Assembly: GCA_001789725.1 (NCBI GenBank)
Contig: MGAM01000013.1
Span: forward strand, 14,275-78,274
Length of the DNA stretch: 64,000 nucleotides
Direction of reading: 5' to 3'
Origin: Candidatus Roizmanbacteria bacterium RIFCSPLOWO2_01_FULL_39_19
Lineage (GTDB): Bacteria; Patescibacteriota; Microgenomatia; UBA1406; HO2-37-13b
This document shows, in pieces, positions 10,214 through 21,082 of this stretch (its first letter is position 1; each line of letters starts with the position of its first letter). A program made the translations under genes and the position numbers. The notes under the pieces are model-generated. The model searched no databases, had not been told where the DNA came from, and worked only from the letters and a program-made list of their open reading frames with translations.

Positions 10214-10984
10214 TTACTCTACCCCATGAGTGATAGATATAGCCATATACATGACTACTATCCCAACAATAAAAGGAATTAACTGGCTCCATCTTTTTTC
10301 CCTTTCAAAGTCTTCATGCAGGTCGGGTATTAAGTCTGAACAGGCAATATAAATCAAAGTTCCTGCGCTAAATGCTGTTGCTGCAGGTAACATATTCTGT
10401 ATTGATTCAAGAAAAAAATATCCTCCTATTGCTCCGACGAGCGCAGTTAAGGATGATAAAAAATTATAGAAAAGAGCTTTTGATTTTTTCATTCCTTCAT
10501 GTATTAACACCGTAAAATCAGCAATCTCGTGGGGGATTTCATGAGCTGCAATTGCGATTGTTGTAGTTATGCCCAGCGCCGGATTAAGCAAAAAACCCGC
10601 TGCAATAATAACCCCGTCAATAAAATTATGAACGCCATCACCTACTAAGACTAGAATTGCGATTGGATTGTGACGATGAGTATCGCCATGATGATGATAA
10701 CCTAGTAAAATTCTTTCAAAGAAAAAAAATGAGATGATCCCTAAGAAAGTTGGGATAAATATATTTGTATCTGGGTTTAATGCTCTCGCCTGTTCTGCAG
10801 CCTCCGGAAGCAAGTCGAAAAATGATACTGTTAAAATAACGCCGGCTGCAAAACTTATAAGCAGTGGAATAATTTTTTTGGTCAAAAGCTTTCTCCAAAT
10901 CAACAATATCCCCCCTGCAAAAGATGTTAGACTTATAAGAATTGATGCAATGATTATATTGAAAAGCATATGAAATGTTACCAC
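10214..10984 (-). CDS. ZIP family metal transporter
   Basis: HNFIDG, AHEIPHE, His-rich loop. Confidence 0.9.
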   Translation of the reverse strand: MVTFHMLFNIIIASILISLTSFAGGILLIWRKLLTKKIIPLLISFAAGVILTVSFFDLLPEAAEQARALNPDTNIFIPTFLGIISFFFFERILLGYHHHGDTHRHNPIAILVLVGDGVHNFIDGVIIAAGFLLNPALGITTTIAIAAHEIPHEIADFTVLIHEGMKKSKALFYNFLSSLTALVGAIGGYFFLESIQNMLPAATAFSAGTLIYIACSDLIPDLHEDFEREKRWSQLIPFIVGIVVMYMAISITHGVE

Positions 10985-11010
10985 ACAATTGAGGTTTTGT
11001 GAATTAATTC

Positions 11011-12534
11011 TTACCTAAAATAGAGCCAGTCGGCGGTTGTAATTTCCGATGGAATTTCTAAATCTTCTTTGATTAATTCATATTTTCTAATTTCATATCC
11101 CCCACTTAACTTAATTATTTCTTCGGGTTGACTTTTGATATGTAACTTATTCTCTATCCACCAGGTTGGCACTAAATCAATCCTTTCTTTTGGAGGTGAC
11201 TCCATCAAAATATATGTTGTTGGCTTTTTTTCGAACTTATAGATTTTTTTTTCAGAGACTCTACTCACATAAGAGAGTGCGTATTTGTCTTGATAACCGT
11301 AAATATCAGGAGAATAAATGAAAATTCCGGATTCCTCAGGAGCATCTGAGAAAATCTGTTTCATATTATTTAAATGAAACTTCCACGACCTAGTATTATT
11401 GCCAATTTCTTTTGATAAATCATTTGCATGACTAATATTTTGGCTTGTCATTAAAACGAGCAATATTCCAAGAAGAACAAAATATAAATGTTTAGGAACA
11501 AATTTATGAAATGTTGAAAACATCATAAGAGGTAAAAGTGTCATCGGGAACCACCATAGTTCAAGCATTAGTCCTCTATGTATGAGGGTAAGAAAATAAT
11601 AGCCAATATGGAAATATAAAAAAATTATGTAAATATGCCTGTATTTGATTTTGCTTTTCAAAATCACAACGAAACTAAAAACAAAGAGAGCGAAAATCAG
11701 AAGATTCATATTATTGAGATCTGATGAAGAATTTCTAAATAAATTAAATCCCCGGGTGGTTATGTTCTCAATTCTGTTTTTCACAGATTCTGAAAATGGC
11801 ATCGGAAATTGGTCTCTTTCCCCTTGAACATATTTAATAATTGATTTTGTCTGTAAGAAGTCATGGCGAATGTCAATCAGTAAAAATGATGATGCGAAGA
11901 TTAAAAGAGTTCCAAAACACAAAAGATGAAGAAACTTCTTATTTTTGATAATTACAAACAAACTAGCCAAAGTTGATAAAATCAGAAGCGGTCCGCCAAT
12001 TGCAAGTTGAAATTGAACAATTGCCCCAAGCATGAAAAGATGACCTATTAGAAATTTCCACTGTTTTGTTTGAAAGTACTTTACAAAAAAATAAAAATAC
12101 AAAGGGAGAGAAAGAAGCGCACCGCTCCCATGATAAAACCCTTGAACATACGGAACTAGATAAGCAGATGATAAAACAAGAGCAATAAGAGCCGACGTTT
12201 CATCAAATAATTTTTTGACTACAAAATAAATTGATGAAATAAGCCCCACGGTTAATAAAAACCAAAACCATCCGGTTGCAATCGGGTTGCCTTTGCCAAT
12301 AATATAGGCTGGCATATTAAGGTAATGCCACAAAATTCCATGAAAAACTCCTTTTTTATCTGCCCGGGGTCCAATTAAAACCATCTTTTTATCAGCAATT
12401 TCATCCATTATCAAAAAGTCTCTGGCATTGTCGGTTTGATAAAAGATGTCCTGGTGAAGATAGCTCCAAGCAGAAAATATCAGATTGATACCAATAAAGA
12501 AAAAAATTAGCCACTTCAATGCCTTATTCATCAA
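11011..12534 (-). CDS. GT-C fold (ArnT/PMT-like) membrane glycosyltransferase
   Basis: Multi-TM; DNARD...LIGP in first loop. Confidence 0.7.
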   Translation of the reverse strand: MMNKALKWLIFFFIGINLIFSAWSYLHQDIFYQTDNARDFLIMDEIADKKMVLIGPRADKKGVFHGILWHYLNMPAYIIGKGNPIATGWFWFLLTVGLISSIYFVVKKLFDETSALIALVLSSAYLVPYVQGFYHGSGALLSLPLYFYFFVKYFQTKQWKFLIGHLFMLGAIVQFQLAIGGPLLILSTLASLFVIIKNKKFLHLLCFGTLLIFASSFLLIDIRHDFLQTKSIIKYVQGERDQFPMPFSESVKNRIENITTRGFNLFRNSSSDLNNMNLLIFALFVFSFVVILKSKIKYRHIYIIFLYFHIGYYFLTLIHRGLMLELWWFPMTLLPLMMFSTFHKFVPKHLYFVLLGILLVLMTSQNISHANDLSKEIGNNTRSWKFHLNNMKQIFSDAPEESGIFIYSPDIYGYQDKYALSYVSRVSEKKIYKFEKKPTTYILMESPPKERIDLVPTWWIENKLHIKSQPEEIIKLSGGYEIRKYELIKEDLEIPSEITTADWLYFR

Positions 12535-12563
12535 AAATAGTTTACAATATATGTGGGTAATTT

Positions 12564-13295
12564 ATGAAAGGAAAAATATCAATCGTTATACCTGTCTATA
12601 ACGAAGAAAATTTTATTAATGAGACAATCTCAAAAGTTATTGATGCCGACTCGCGGGGTTATGAGAAAGAAATAATTATAGTTGATGATGGAAGTAGGGA
12701 TAAAACAGTTGAAAACATTAAGTTATTTATTGAAAATCGTCATGAAAATAAAAACTTTGTTATTAAACTAATTGCCAAAGAGAAAAATGAAGGAAAAGGC
12801 GCAGCGCTAAAGAACGGATTTTTAGAAACAACCGGCGACATTGTGATTATTCAGGATGCTGATTTGGAATATTCTCCTGATGATTACCCTCTTCTTCTTG
12901 AGTCATTTGTAACACACAACGCTGATGTCGTCTATGGCAGCCGATTTATCTCAAATCGCCCTCATCGGGTTTTATATTTCTGGCATTATCTTGCCAATAA
13001 TATGCTCACTCTTTTTTCAAATGTTTTGACCAACCTAAATTTAACCGATATGGAAACAGGATATAAAGTTTTTAGAGGAGATTTAATAAGAGAAATCGCA
13101 CCAAAATTGAAATCAAAAAGATTCGGTTTTGAGCCGGAAATTACGGCAAGAATTACAAAAATTAAAGATCTTAAAATGTTTGAAGTGGGAATTTCCTATT
13201 GGGGACGGACATACCAAGAAGGAAAAAAGATCGGCTGGAAAGACGGAGTTAAGGCAATATTAGAAATAATGAGATTTAACTTATTTTCCCGATAG
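12564..13295 (+). CDS. GT2 family glycosyltransferase (DPM1-like)
   Basis: SIVIPVYNE, VDDGSRD, QDADLEY, DMETGYK. Confidence 0.92.
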   Translation: MKGKISIVIPVYNEENFINETISKVIDADSRGYEKEIIIVDDGSRDKTVENIKLFIENRHENKNFVIKLIAKEKNEGKGAALKNGFLETTGDIVIIQDADLEYSPDDYPLLLESFVTHNADVVYGSRFISNRPHRVLYFWHYLANNMLTLFSNVLTNLNLTDMETGYKVFRGDLIREIAPKLKSKRFGFEPEITARITKIKDLKMFEVGISYWGRTYQEGKKIGWKDGVKAILEIMRFNLFSR

Positions 13296-16200
13296 GAAAT
13301 CAAGCATCCTTGCAAGTAAATTTTTTGATTCTTTTGGTGGTTCTTGTGCTTGTTGTTTAACTTGTTTTTTCTCATGTTTTTGCATGGTTGTTTTTTTAAC
13401 AGGGTCTTTTATAATTTCAGCTTTCTGTGTTTTAAAAGGTACAAAAGTAGATGGTCGAACAAATCCTGCAACTGCCATATAGTAACCCTTCACTGTTGAA
13501 AGCGCTGCCACGGTTCTATTTTTCTTATCAACAACACTTGTTGGCAAAATTTTCCATGTTTTTCCTTCATTGAGCGACTGAGCAAGAACCAAAGAATTTT
13601 CCGGTAATTTTCCAAGTTGATTTTTATTGTATTTTATCGCCACTATTGAGGATCTAAGAGGATTGATAATTTTTGCATCATTAAAAAACGAGCGGAACCA
13701 AAGGTCGTAAACATCAGAAACCTGCCAATATGACCCTATATGGTAAGGATGTTTTTTGGCATAGACGATACTGCCCAGGTAGCTGTCCCACAATAGCGTA
13801 TTTGGTTCAACTATAGTAATAACCTGATCTCCCATCTTCAAGACGCCTCCCGTTTTTGCCAGTAGTGACGCAGTCCGAGCTTGAGTCGAGCTGGACGAGG
13901 AGGAACTTGAAGTTGACGAACTGCTATTTTTCCCAGCCGAGAAAGGAGCGAAGTCGGTAAAGTGATTTGTGGTGACAGTAATAGTGTTATTATCTTTGTC
14001 AATTGAAATATTATCTGATGTTTTCCAAGCATTAGTCGTAGCATCCCAGTAACCGGCTAAAAGATCATTTTCAGTTAATCCCAGTGAGGAAAGTGTTGCC
14101 TCTGAGTATGGCATAACAATGGTAACGTTAGAATTGAAGCTCGTTGTAATTTCAGATCCATTGGAGTCAAGAGCTGTAATGTCATAGCCTATGTTGACCG
14201 GTGTTGCCAAACTCTGATTAGGCAGTTGAGCTTTAGATGTGACGGTAACAGTGACCGTTCCAGATGACGACAGGGCGCCTGCCGGAATATTAATTGTTGT
14301 GCCGTCAGATAAAGTTATAGTTTTCTGGTTGGTAGTAGTGTAAGTAACAGTAGTTGAATCAGGCATTGTCCCCGAATTTGAAAGACTTAAGTTTAGCGTA
14401 TTCGTACCGGTTGATGGGCTTACAATACTCTCGGACGATCTTATAAATGAAGTTTTAGAAACATCATACATTGCCTTTATATGCCAATTTGTTCCAGTTG
14501 ATACCGATAAACTATAGTTCCCGTTACTGTCAGCAGTAGTCCCAGAATATCCTCCAACCTCACTCCAACTACTAACGAAAGCTGATTTTCCAGCACTATT
14601 TTGTGTTACTGTTCCGGTAATGGTAGCATCAGCATTGGTAAATTGTAAATTGACGGTTGAGGTTCCTCCGCTTGTGGGCGTAACTGAGACTCTGCTTGGA
14701 TTTATATACGAGTAGGACGGCGGGACAAAGGTTTGAACGTAATACGTTGTGCCTGAGGGAACTTTTATTGAATAATCACCCGTTGAATCAGTCATTGTCC
14801 CTTGATTAAACATTGACTCGCGACTGAAGGATCCTGCTGTATCGTTAGATCTGGTATCGATAGTAATCCAAGCGCCGGCTAAACCGGTTCCGTCAGGATC
14901 TTTAACGGTTCCGCTTATTGTAGCGTCATTTTTCTTAACAAGAATATTTTTTGTTTGAGTAAGAGAACCTGATGTAATCGATACTTTATTATTTGACGGG
15001 GGTTGTCTAAGATAAGTATTGCTCTCCCCGTCAGTTAATGATGGATCTATCCAATAACCAATGTACCAATCACCCGGACAGACTTGCATTGAATAAGATC
15101 CGTCAGTTGTATTTACTGTTGCCATTGCGAAATTTGTAGTTCCGGAGTTGGCAAAAACTTCAGCCCTTACTCCCGTAATAGTTGAGCCAGAATCAGAATC
15201 TTTTTTAAGATAGCCACTTATTGTCCCTGTAGCTTGAGTCATTGTGATTGTTGCTGAGGAGGTGGCATTGGCAGTTGATGTTACTGAACTTGAAGAGCCG
15301 GCACAATAACCCGCCCCGGGGGGAAGAGATACTCCTACATTGTAAGTTCCAGCCGGCACTTTTAGCGTGAATACTCCATTTTTAACTGGAGCTCCCATAG
15401 AGGAATACATCATTGGTCCCGGTCCTGATGATGTTCCGCTTGTTTCGACATACGCATAACCCATTTCCAAGTTAGTGAGCGTATCTCCGCCTGAATTTAC
15501 AAGTCTCCCGCTGATTGTTGCGTTAGCTATTTGCAACGTCACATTATTCCCTGATGACGTAGCATTTTCAGCTACAGTTACCTGAAGAGGCGCCTGATCA
15601 TTAATATATGTGGTTCCGCTATAACTACCTGACATTCCGGGATCTTGAGAAACTGAGACCATCCAAGTACCGACAGAAACCAAAATTGAATAATTCCCAC
15701 TAGAGTCAGTTGTGGCATAGCCCCAACCACCGCCATTTTGTTTCCATGTGTTAACGTTTTTGTTGGCGACACCGGCTCCATTAGAATCAGTTACTCTACC
15801 GGAAATGGTAGAATTTTTAGTAACCAATCTAATATTGCCGGCAGCATATCCATCACAAGTCCCATCAGAATTAGCGTCTTTTACGGTGAATTTTATATCT
15901 GACGGTGATCCATAATTAGATTGCCAGCTGCTTACGCCTAAATTATATGATCCCTCCGGTACTTTTAGATTAAATGTGCCGTTTGAAGCAACATTTCCTC
16001 CATTTCCTCCGCCCTGATAAGACCAAACACTAACATAAACTGACGATTGAGGATCAGACAAGGCGCTGCCGTCAGGAGCTAACACTGTGCCGGTCACCGT
16101 GCAATTGGCTGTTTGGGCGGTAAAATTTGCGGTTGTTGATGTACCCAGGCTATCGTTATTGGCAAATTTAACTCGAGTTGGCATCTTATTGTATGTCCAA

Positions 16201-16814
16201 TCAACATCTTGAGGGCTACCTCCGTAGTTGGCTCTTGGGGTTACCATCCAAGCGCCGGTACCAACTTTTAAAGTATAGACACCACTGGAATTGGTCGTCG
16301 CCTGTACCCAGCCCATGCCCATTTCTTTATACGCCTCAACATAAGCTCCTGATATCGGAGATCCGTTTGATTTTGTGAGTGTTCCGGTTATTGTATTGTT
16401 GGGGGTAATAAATGTAATTACGGCACGGCTTGAACTGTCAAAATTTGTGCCAGCAAGACCGGTGCGATAATAAATCTGACTCGAGTTAGTAAAAGTGATT
16501 GTTGTGCTTGTTAAGTCTGGGGCTATTAAACCATCCGGGTTTTGCCAAGGCGCTCTCAATTCTAGAATATAGTCGGTGCTAACAACAAGATCGGTGAAAG
16601 AAAATGTTCCATCTTCGGCAGATGTTGTCCATTGGCTACTACTAGACCAGTTGTTCGTCCGCAGCATAATTTCTGCGCCGGCAAAGGCAGTTGATCCATT
16701 TGATTTCACCGTTTTACCTTGAATTGTAGCAGCAAAAATTTGACTAGAGAAATAAGGAATAATTAAATAAGCAATAAGGAAAGTCAAAGTCAAGCCCAGG
16801 AATTTTTTATACAT
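13281..16814 (-). CDS. Large Ser/Thr-rich surface protein with carboxypeptidase-regulatory-like repeats and ZU5-like C-terminal domains
   Basis: Signal peptide; repeated TISG.V.D..G...TDS.G.YS units; TINIPAGAL...TTNHFTDF. Confidence 0.75.
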   Translation of the reverse strand: MYKKFLGLTLTFLIAYLIIPYFSSQIFAATIQGKTVKSNGSTAFAGAEIMLRTNNWSSSSQWTTSAEDGTFSFTDLVVSTDYILELRAPWQNPDGLIAPDLTSTTITFTNSSQIYYRTGLAGTNFDSSSRAVITFITPNNTITGTLTKSNGSPISGAYVEAYKEMGMGWVQATTNSSGVYTLKVGTGAWMVTPRANYGGSPQDVDWTYNKMPTRVKFANNDSLGTSTTANFTAQTANCTVTGTVLAPDGSALSDPQSSVYVSVWSYQGGGNGGNVASNGTFNLKVPEGSYNLGVSSWQSNYGSPSDIKFTVKDANSDGTCDGYAAGNIRLVTKNSTISGRVTDSNGAGVANKNVNTWKQNGGGWGYATTDSSGNYSILVSVGTWMVSVSQDPGMSGSYSGTTYINDQAPLQVTVAENATSSGNNVTLQIANATISGRLVNSGGDTLTNLEMGYAYVETSGTSSGPGPMMYSSMGAPVKNGVFTLKVPAGTYNVGVSLPPGAGYCAGSSSSVTSTANATSSATITMTQATGTISGYLKKDSDSGSTITGVRAEVFANSGTTNFAMATVNTTDGSYSMQVCPGDWYIGYWIDPSLTDGESNTYLRQPPSNNKVSITSGSLTQTKNILVKKNDATISGTVKDPDGTGLAGAWITIDTRSNDTAGSFSRESMFNQGTMTDSTGDYSIKVPSGTTYYVQTFVPPSYSYINPSRVSVTPTSGGTSTVNLQFTNADATITGTVTQNSAGKSAFVSSWSEVGGYSGTTADSNGNYSLSVSTGTNWHIKAMYDVSKTSFIRSSESIVSPSTGTNTLNLSLSNSGTMPDSTTVTYTTTNQKTITLSDGTTINIPAGALSSSGTVTVTVTSKAQLPNQSLATPVNIGYDITALDSNGSEITTSFNSNVTIVMPYSEATLSSLGLTENDLLAGYWDATTNAWKTSDNISIDKDNNTITVTTNHFTDFAPFSAGKNSSSSTSSSSSSSSTQARTASLLAKTGGVLKMGDQVITIVEPNTLLWDSYLGSIVYAKKHPYHIGSYWQVSDVYDLWFRSFFNDAKIINPLRSSIVAIKYNKNQLGKLPENSLVLAQSLNEGKTWKILPTSVVDKKNRTVAALSTVKGYYMAVAGFVRPSTFVPFKTQKAEIIKDPVKKTTMQKHEKKQVKQQAQEPPKESKNLLARMLDFLSGK

Positions 16815-16874
16815 TTATATATATCAAACTAGGAAAAAGGCTTTCTTAGTATAGAATAGTCAGACTTATATCTC

Positions 16875-19796
16875 TTGTCAAGGAATAAAAGAGCATATAT
16901 ACTAAAATTGATGTCTTTTAAAAAAACGGTTAGAAATCAATTAATTAAACCGATTATTTTTACAATATTAATATCTGTAGGATTGTTGCTTTTTCTTATT
17001 CAACTCATAATTAACCCACTTGGCCAACCTCAAACTAAAAATATTAAGGCAGAATCATGGTTTGAAGATTCCGTTAAAAATCAAGAATCTTTACTTGTTC
17101 CAACTATCACAATAGATTTTTATTCTTCAAAAGAACAAATAATACGATATAAAAAGTTATATGAACAATCTATTAGTCAACCAAAAATTTCGCCCGTTCT
17201 TACATTTGACTTAAAAACCGCTCCTTCTCAAGCCGATGTTTATAGTCAAATTTCGCCTATTTATCCGCCGGTATTGCCCAAACCTCTTTTTGTCAAGACT
17301 GAAAAATATGTTTGCCCGGACGGGATTAAGGGAGAAAACGGTTGTGATTTTATCGGCGGTGATGGTTTGCAAGAGGCCATTGATTCGGCTCCAAAATCTT
17401 CTTTAGAGAAAATAACTAAAATTTACCTTCGACCCGGCCATTATCGTCGCAGTCGTCCAACCGCTGTTTCGGGTTTTGATCAAGCTGGACAGCCAAAAGA
17501 TATATGGGCACAATGGACGGTGGAAGATAAATTTTTGATTATCGAAGGCGAGGATAATGTAGTTTTAGATAACTACGAAGGCAATGTTGCTGCTGGTCTT
17601 TTTATCAAGGACGGTTATGTTTGGGTTAATAAAGTACGTTTTGATAATACCGCCGAGACGATGTTGTTGGCTGCCGGGACAGCGAGAGTTAATATCACTT
17701 TTAACACCTTCCGTCAAGGAAAAATTGCCATACTGATAGAAGAGCAAGTCATTGGCAATATTAGGGACAATCAAATGATAGGTGGATTTGAGCGCGGCAT
17801 ACACATCTCAGGCAATGGTCAGGTAAAAATTGCTCACAATACGATAAGTCAGGCCAAGATCGTTGGCATCAGCACCGATGCTTTTGCAAAAACTAGAATA
17901 GACAATAACTGGTTCGAAAACAATACCTATGGCATCGATATTTCCAAACAATCACGCACTACAATAACTAATAACTCGCTTTTAAGACAGAAGATAACCG
18001 CGCTTCATTTATATGATCAAGTTGAAGCGCTTGTAGTCAATAATGATTTTTTTCAGACAACTTCTGGTTCGCCGAATGATAAATGGAGCAGAGCTAACTT
18101 AGTATCAATTGATAATTTAAATTCTGCTGAGAATAATCAAATTGTTGTTAAAAACAATCTTATCCATGATTCCAACGGATTTGGAATTTATGTTAATAAC
18201 GTCAGTGGCGTCCCTGTCAGCATTTTATCGAACCGTTTTGATCAAAATAAAGGTTATTTTGGGGCGTTGGTGCTAGATAAAGCCAAAAGCATTACCATTG
18301 CTGGTAATAGTATATATTTCAACGACGGTCGAGGTGTAAGTACATTTAACGCTTCAACCGGATGGATATACAACAATCTGGTAGTTAACAACAGCCATAT
18401 CGGAATCCAAGCGGAACATTATTCTGAATTTGATATTTATAACAATACGCTCGTTGGCAACGGCAATAACAACCTTCATCTAACCTGCTCTCTTAATGAT
18501 TGGACCAATACGTTTATCAAAAATAATATTGCTGCTAATGAAAGGCTCATGTCAAACCCCCATGACGATCCGCGGCTTTGTGGTAAGGGGGCCAATTATT
18601 TTCTTGGTGGCAAAGTGGCGATTAATAACGTTCGAGAATTTAAATCCAACTGGTCGTGGTTATCAAAACCATGGGAGTTAGCATGTCAACCGGAAATTAG
18701 CAACAATTGTACCAATGCTGATTTTCATGGCTTGGACCATCATCCTTGGTGGTATGATACCCAATATAAAAATATGGCAGCCGACCCAATGTTTATTGAC
18801 TATAATAATGCCGATCTTCGCTTAAAAATGAACTCTCCTGCTAAATCCGCGGGAACAACGGGTGAAGAAATTGGCGCTTATGGTGGGCCAAACCGTTGTT
18901 TGCTTGACCCGGGCCTTCCTGGTTGTTGGCATCCGCCAACCAGAGTGACACAAACGATTTTAAGCCCTGATGGCAAAACTAATTACGGCCGAACCTGTAA
19001 TTTGGTAAAACAATATGGCAAACAGTCATGGCTGCCATTTGCTGGTCAGACAGAATGCTCTGGTTGGTCCTCTGTAGCAAGCAAGCTTAATCTAGGTTCA
19101 TACCAAGGAAATTCTCAAACCGGCTATGCCTCCTTCGTTTATCAGAAAGGCGATATTCAGTGGCTTGATCAGTCGGTGATTGTCGATACTGTTAAGACTG
19201 CTCACCGGCTCTGTCCAATTAATGAGGCTACTGGCCAGCTTGACAGAAATAACTGTAAACCGTGGGAATATTATAATCTTCCAAAAATTGAGGGAATACG
19301 CAATCGAATTAGCGACATGGACAGCTATGTTGAATATAAAAATAACCAACGTATATTGTCACAGACACTCTTAGATGAAAACGGTTCATTTGTTTATAGT
19401 CGAACTTGTTCGTTTACTGATTCCCGTCCTAATATCTGGGACGGCGAGCCAGCAACAAAAAATTGCAATGATTGGCAGACATATCCTTTAGGAGGATTTA
19501 TTTCCAATGATCCAGTGCAGAAGTATCAAGGCATCGCTTCCTTAGTGAAATTTATCGATAATCAAAATTATTATTATTATCAGTACTTTTTAAGTAACAA
19601 CGGGCAAAATATCTGGGCCCGTGAATGTCCCGGAGATAAATATAAAGGTATCGTCTGGTCAAATTGTGAAAATTGGGGACAAGACACCATTGCTGAACTA
19701 AAATTACCTATGAATATGGCACTCACTGTTGACATAAATACTCTTTTCTCTTATTGTCCCATCAACAAAATTTGGGACGGGGAGAGATGTAATTAG
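16875..19796 (+). CDS. Right-handed parallel beta-helix protein with Cys-rich C-terminal region
   Basis: LQEAID..IYLRPG.Y, many I.NN.I repeats, DP.F..DLRL..SPA..IGAYGG. Confidence 0.75.
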   Translation: MSRNKRAYILKLMSFKKTVRNQLIKPIIFTILISVGLLLFLIQLIINPLGQPQTKNIKAESWFEDSVKNQESLLVPTITIDFYSSKEQIIRYKKLYEQSISQPKISPVLTFDLKTAPSQADVYSQISPIYPPVLPKPLFVKTEKYVCPDGIKGENGCDFIGGDGLQEAIDSAPKSSLEKITKIYLRPGHYRRSRPTAVSGFDQAGQPKDIWAQWTVEDKFLIIEGEDNVVLDNYEGNVAAGLFIKDGYVWVNKVRFDNTAETMLLAAGTARVNITFNTFRQGKIAILIEEQVIGNIRDNQMIGGFERGIHISGNGQVKIAHNTISQAKIVGISTDAFAKTRIDNNWFENNTYGIDISKQSRTTITNNSLLRQKITALHLYDQVEALVVNNDFFQTTSGSPNDKWSRANLVSIDNLNSAENNQIVVKNNLIHDSNGFGIYVNNVSGVPVSILSNRFDQNKGYFGALVLDKAKSITIAGNSIYFNDGRGVSTFNASTGWIYNNLVVNNSHIGIQAEHYSEFDIYNNTLVGNGNNNLHLTCSLNDWTNTFIKNNIAANERLMSNPHDDPRLCGKGANYFLGGKVAINNVREFKSNWSWLSKPWELACQPEISNNCTNADFHGLDHHPWWYDTQYKNMAADPMFIDYNNADLRLKMNSPAKSAGTTGEEIGAYGGPNRCLLDPGLPGCWHPPTRVTQTILSPDGKTNYGRTCNLVKQYGKQSWLPFAGQTECSGWSSVASKLNLGSYQGNSQTGYASFVYQKGDIQWLDQSVIVDTVKTAHRLCPINEATGQLDRNNCKPWEYYNLPKIEGIRNRISDMDSYVEYKNNQRILSQTLLDENGSFVYSRTCSFTDSRPNIWDGEPATKNCNDWQTYPLGGFISNDPVQKYQGIASLVKFIDNQNYYYYQYFLSNNGQNIWARECPGDKYKGIVWSNCENWGQDTIAELKLPMNMALTVDINTLFSYCPINKIWDGERCN

Positions 19797-19805
19797 AACA
19801 GAGAG

Positions 19806-20228
19806 GTGGTGAAAAAAATGAATTCAATGCTTAAAAGAGGACTTATCGCCGGAGTTGTCAACCTCATCGTTGGTTTGTTGTTTCAACAATTTTTTGGCAC
19901 GATTTTCCCGTCAGTGGGAGCCGAGTATCAGAACACGGCACTTTTTAGACCTTGGAATGACCCATTAATGACTTTATTTTTTGCATATCCATTTATTTTA
20001 GGCATTGTCCTTGCCTATTTTTGGGACATGGTTTACAGCAGCTTAAAAGGAAATGCTCAACAAAAAATATTTAATTTTGCAAAAATTTATTTTTTGATTG
20101 CTACAATTCCCGGAATGTTTATTTCATACACGAGTTTTCAAGTTTCGGCGTTGCTTGTTTTAAGCTGGACATTGTCAGGATTTATCGAAGCATACGTTGC
20201 CGGATGGGTTTTCACAAGAATGAAGTAA
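19806..20228 (+). CDS. Four-TM membrane protein
   Basis: Hydrophobic ORF. Confidence 0.65.
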   Translation: MVKKMNSMLKRGLIAGVVNLIVGLLFQQFFGTIFPSVGAEYQNTALFRPWNDPLMTLFFAYPFILGIVLAYFWDMVYSSLKGNAQQKIFNFAKIYFLIATIPGMFISYTSFQVSALLVLSWTLSGFIEAYVAGWVFTRMK

Positions 20229-20277
20229 TAGTTGTTGTTTAAATTTTTTACATCTGATAAGATCAGATTGGGTTATT

Positions 20278-21003
20278 ATGATCATTCAAGATAAAGTAGC
20301 AATTGTAACCGGGGCCACATCAGGAATTGGTCTTGAGACTGCAAGATTACTCCATGCCCAAGGAGCCCATCTGGCGCTCGTTGCCCGCTCAAGAGACAAA
20401 CTAGAAGAACTTGTAAAGAAACTGCCCGAATCATTTATTGTTGTTGCCGATTTATCAAAAGAAGGAGAGGCCCGTGATATAGTCAAACAAGCATGCAATC
20501 ACTTTGGAAGAGTTGAGATTGTTGTTAACAATGCCGGGTGCGGATATGACGGGTTAGTTGAAAACCTTAACACTGACAAAGTCAGACAAATTTTTGAGCT
20601 TAACTTCATTGCCCCGCTTGCCATTATGCAGGAGACCATTCCGTTAATGAGAAAACAAGGAGAGGGATCCATCGTTAACATTAGCTCAGGAACTTCGCTT
20701 CTAAATATTCCAAATATTTCCGCATATTCTTCAATAAAAAGCGCTCTTACCAGATTATCGTTAACAGCGCGCGAAGAATTGGAAAGTTCAAATATTGTAG
20801 TTAGTGTAGTATATCCATACGTCACCGATACCAACTTTGGCAATAATGTGCTTAGTGGACCGCGTCAAAAAGAAATTCCAGACAAAGACGATGTTTTACC
20901 GCCTCCTGATAAACCGGAATATATTGCCTCGAAAATTATTGAGGTCATTGAAACAGGCGAGCCAGAAATTTTTGCTCATGAATGGATGAAAGATATCAAA
21001 TGA
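20278..21003 (+). CDS. SDR family oxidoreductase
   Basis: TGATSGIG, NNAG, YSSIK. Confidence 0.9.
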   Translation: MIIQDKVAIVTGATSGIGLETARLLHAQGAHLALVARSRDKLEELVKKLPESFIVVADLSKEGEARDIVKQACNHFGRVEIVVNNAGCGYDGLVENLNTDKVRQIFELNFIAPLAIMQETIPLMRKQGEGSIVNISSGTSLLNIPNISAYSSIKSALTRLSLTAREELESSNIVVSVVYPYVTDTNFGNNVLSGPRQKEIPDKDDVLPPPDKPEYIASKIIEVIETGEPEIFAHEWMKDIK

Positions 21004-21019
21004 CTGCTACTTATTTCTC

Positions 21020-21035
21020 TGTGATTTAAATCACA
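21020..21035. promoter_or_regulatory. Perfect CRP-type box TGTGA-N6-TCACA
   Basis: TGTGATTTAAATCACA upstream of the DUF1573-ccdA genes; Crp-family gene nearby. Confidence 0.7.
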
Positions 21036-21040
21036 TAATA

Positions 21041-21057
21041 ATCCCCCCGGGGGGGAT
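21041..21057. promoter_or_regulatory. CsoR/RcnR-like G/C-tract palindrome
   Basis: ATCCCCCCGGGGGGGAT in an AT-rich promoter region. Confidence 0.5.
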
Positions 21058-21082
21058 AGAATGCATACCATATAAATGGCAT

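Noticed and set aside
20252-20268. Palindrome ATCTGAT-AAG-ATCAGAT as a third CRP/FNR site
   Set aside because: Spacing and half-sites fit neither consensus; single occurrence
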